A stretch of DNA of 63,925 nucleotides, counting the filler, from Octopus bimaculoides (lineage: Eukaryota), in assembly GCF_001194135.2 (NCBI RefSeq). It is 6 parts of 4 records of this genome, joined end to end, with 100 filler letters (N's around TTAATTAATTAA, not from the genome) between each part and the next. Parts side by side here need not be neighbours in the genome. Positions count along the whole stretch, not along the records: positions 56,907 to 62,767 come from NC_068983.1; positions 62,868 to 63,925 come from NC_068994.1; 4 more parts are not named here. One strand, given 5' to 3'. The notes under the pieces are model-generated. The model was not told the DNA's origin. It did not search any database and was given only the letters and a program-made list of their open reading frames with translations. Position numbers and translations under genes: made by a program. Position 1 is the first letter of the stretch, and the number at the start of each line of letters is the position of its first letter. This document shows, one piece after another, positions 62,651-63,925 of this stretch.

Positions 62651-62723
62651 GGTCATATCTGAGAGGGCGGTCACCCAGCAGTGTGAAATTAACAGCAGAC
62701 CTTGAAGCAATCCAGAGAAGATT

Positions 62724-62767
<44 letters not shown>

Positions 62768-63178
62768 NNNNNNNNNNNNNNNNNNNNNNNNNNNNNNNNN
62801 NNNNNNNNNNNTTAATTAATTAANNNNNNNNNNNNNNNNNNNNNNNNNNNNNNNNNNNNNNNNNNNNAAAATTCATACTCCCTATTTTAGTAAATTATTT
62901 ATGCCTGGTACCATGTACAGATTTCACCCAAATGATCTAATTATATCAGTTTAGCATTACTGTCATCAGTCAGTATTCAAGTGATATCCTACTCTATTTG
63001 TTAATTTTAAGTTCCATATGTTCCAAAGTCCTCTCTATACCCTTAGCACTTCTGTTCTTTTATTAATTTGGTCACCAATCTAGAAGATATTACTATTTAT
63101 ATTTGATATTGAAGTTTACCAACTGCAAAGTATAAATTGAAAATTGCATTGGCAACTACTAATAGTTTCCATATACAG

Positions 63179-63293
63179 AAGTCAATGCGGTTCAATGGTT
63201 CACCATTTTCATGCATGGAAACTTCAAACCAAACAATGCTTCAGAACAGAAGCAGAGGTCTTTCTTTGATTCCTCATCATCACAAACATTAAA
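63179..63293 (+). CDS. Weak candidate exon (two frames open)
   Basis: Acceptor TTTCCATATACAG, donor AAA|GTAAGA; VNAVQWFTIFMHGNFKPNN.. or KSMRFNGSPFSCMETS..; a second acceptor/donor pair at 63329-63371 is too close for a normal intron. Confidence 0.2.
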
Positions 63294-63675
63294 GTAAGAT
63301 ATGTTTTTTTTTCTTTCTTTTTATTCAGTTCAAGGGAAATATAAGATATCATTCCTGAGAAATCAAAATTGGTAAGAAGGTAACTCACATCCCAAAACAG
63401 GAACAGAAATTTGAAACAAGAATTTGAAACAAAAGAAGGAAAAAAATATGAATGCTAGATTGATTTCTAATAAAAGGAAGGAAGTTGAGAGAAGGGAAGA
63501 TTATTGTACTGTTGTTGACTTTCTTTACAAGTCTTTTCCACCTTGCTAACCTGATAGACAGCATGGCTCCCAGGCAAGAGGAATAGTAACGGGAGTAGAA
63601 ATATTAGTAAGGTGCCTTGTGATACTAGTTTTGGCCAACCCTAATAATGTATGTATGTATGTATGCATGAATGCA

Positions 63676-63710
<35 letters not shown>

Positions 63711-63820
63711 ATATATACAAACACATACATACACACACTCATATATACACAGACATGTGTGTGTGTGTGTGTTTGTATGTCAATAGATAGACAGATAAAT
63801 ACATAGATATAAACATATTT

Positions 63821-63855
<35 letters not shown>

Positions 63856-63925
63856 CATATGTATATATACATATATATATATATGTATGTGTGTATATGT
63901 TTGTATATATGTGTATATATATATA

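Noticed and set aside
32038-62823. TTAATTAATTAA repeated at 32038, 37718, 53752, 56851 and 62812
   Set aside because: Each sits in an identical 44N+12+44N block and has stops in all six frames: an artificial scaffolding spacer, not biology.

Overview
Eukaryotic, AT-rich, gap-riddled draft-assembly DNA. The repeat landscape looks like an Octopus/coleoid cephalopod (inference from recalled repeat families, not a search). Five identical 100-bp artificial joins (44 N + TTAATTAATTAA + 44 N) mean long-range order is uncertain. Most of the window is decayed mobile DNA: RTE, CR1, R4/Dong-like and Vingi/Ingi-like LINE fragments, at least five Penelope-like element (PLE) coding relics, tRNA-headed SINEs, several MITEs, a full-length dead pogo/Tigger transposon, a pseudogenised SAP+SWIM ORF, and (TA)n/(CA)n/(TAA)n microsatellites. 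One convincing host coding exon was found (minus strand, 52572-52670: ATG, 33 codons, GTAAGT donor), plus several unconfirmed exon candidates on both strands; I cannot name the gene. No rRNA, functional tRNA or CRISPR array. Most notable signals: (1) about 11 minimal hammerhead-ribozyme (HHR) motifs in about four sequence families, three times arranged as divergent inverted pairs; (2) a seven-copy ~120-bp tandem array that is an in-place amplification of the catalytic GLYxDDG segment of a PLE reverse transcriptase; (3) a PLE 3' end carrying a tRNA-derived Pol III head next to its HHR. These extend known PLE biology; I cannot show from sequence alone that they are a new system. Repeat boundaries are approximate, estimated by eye.
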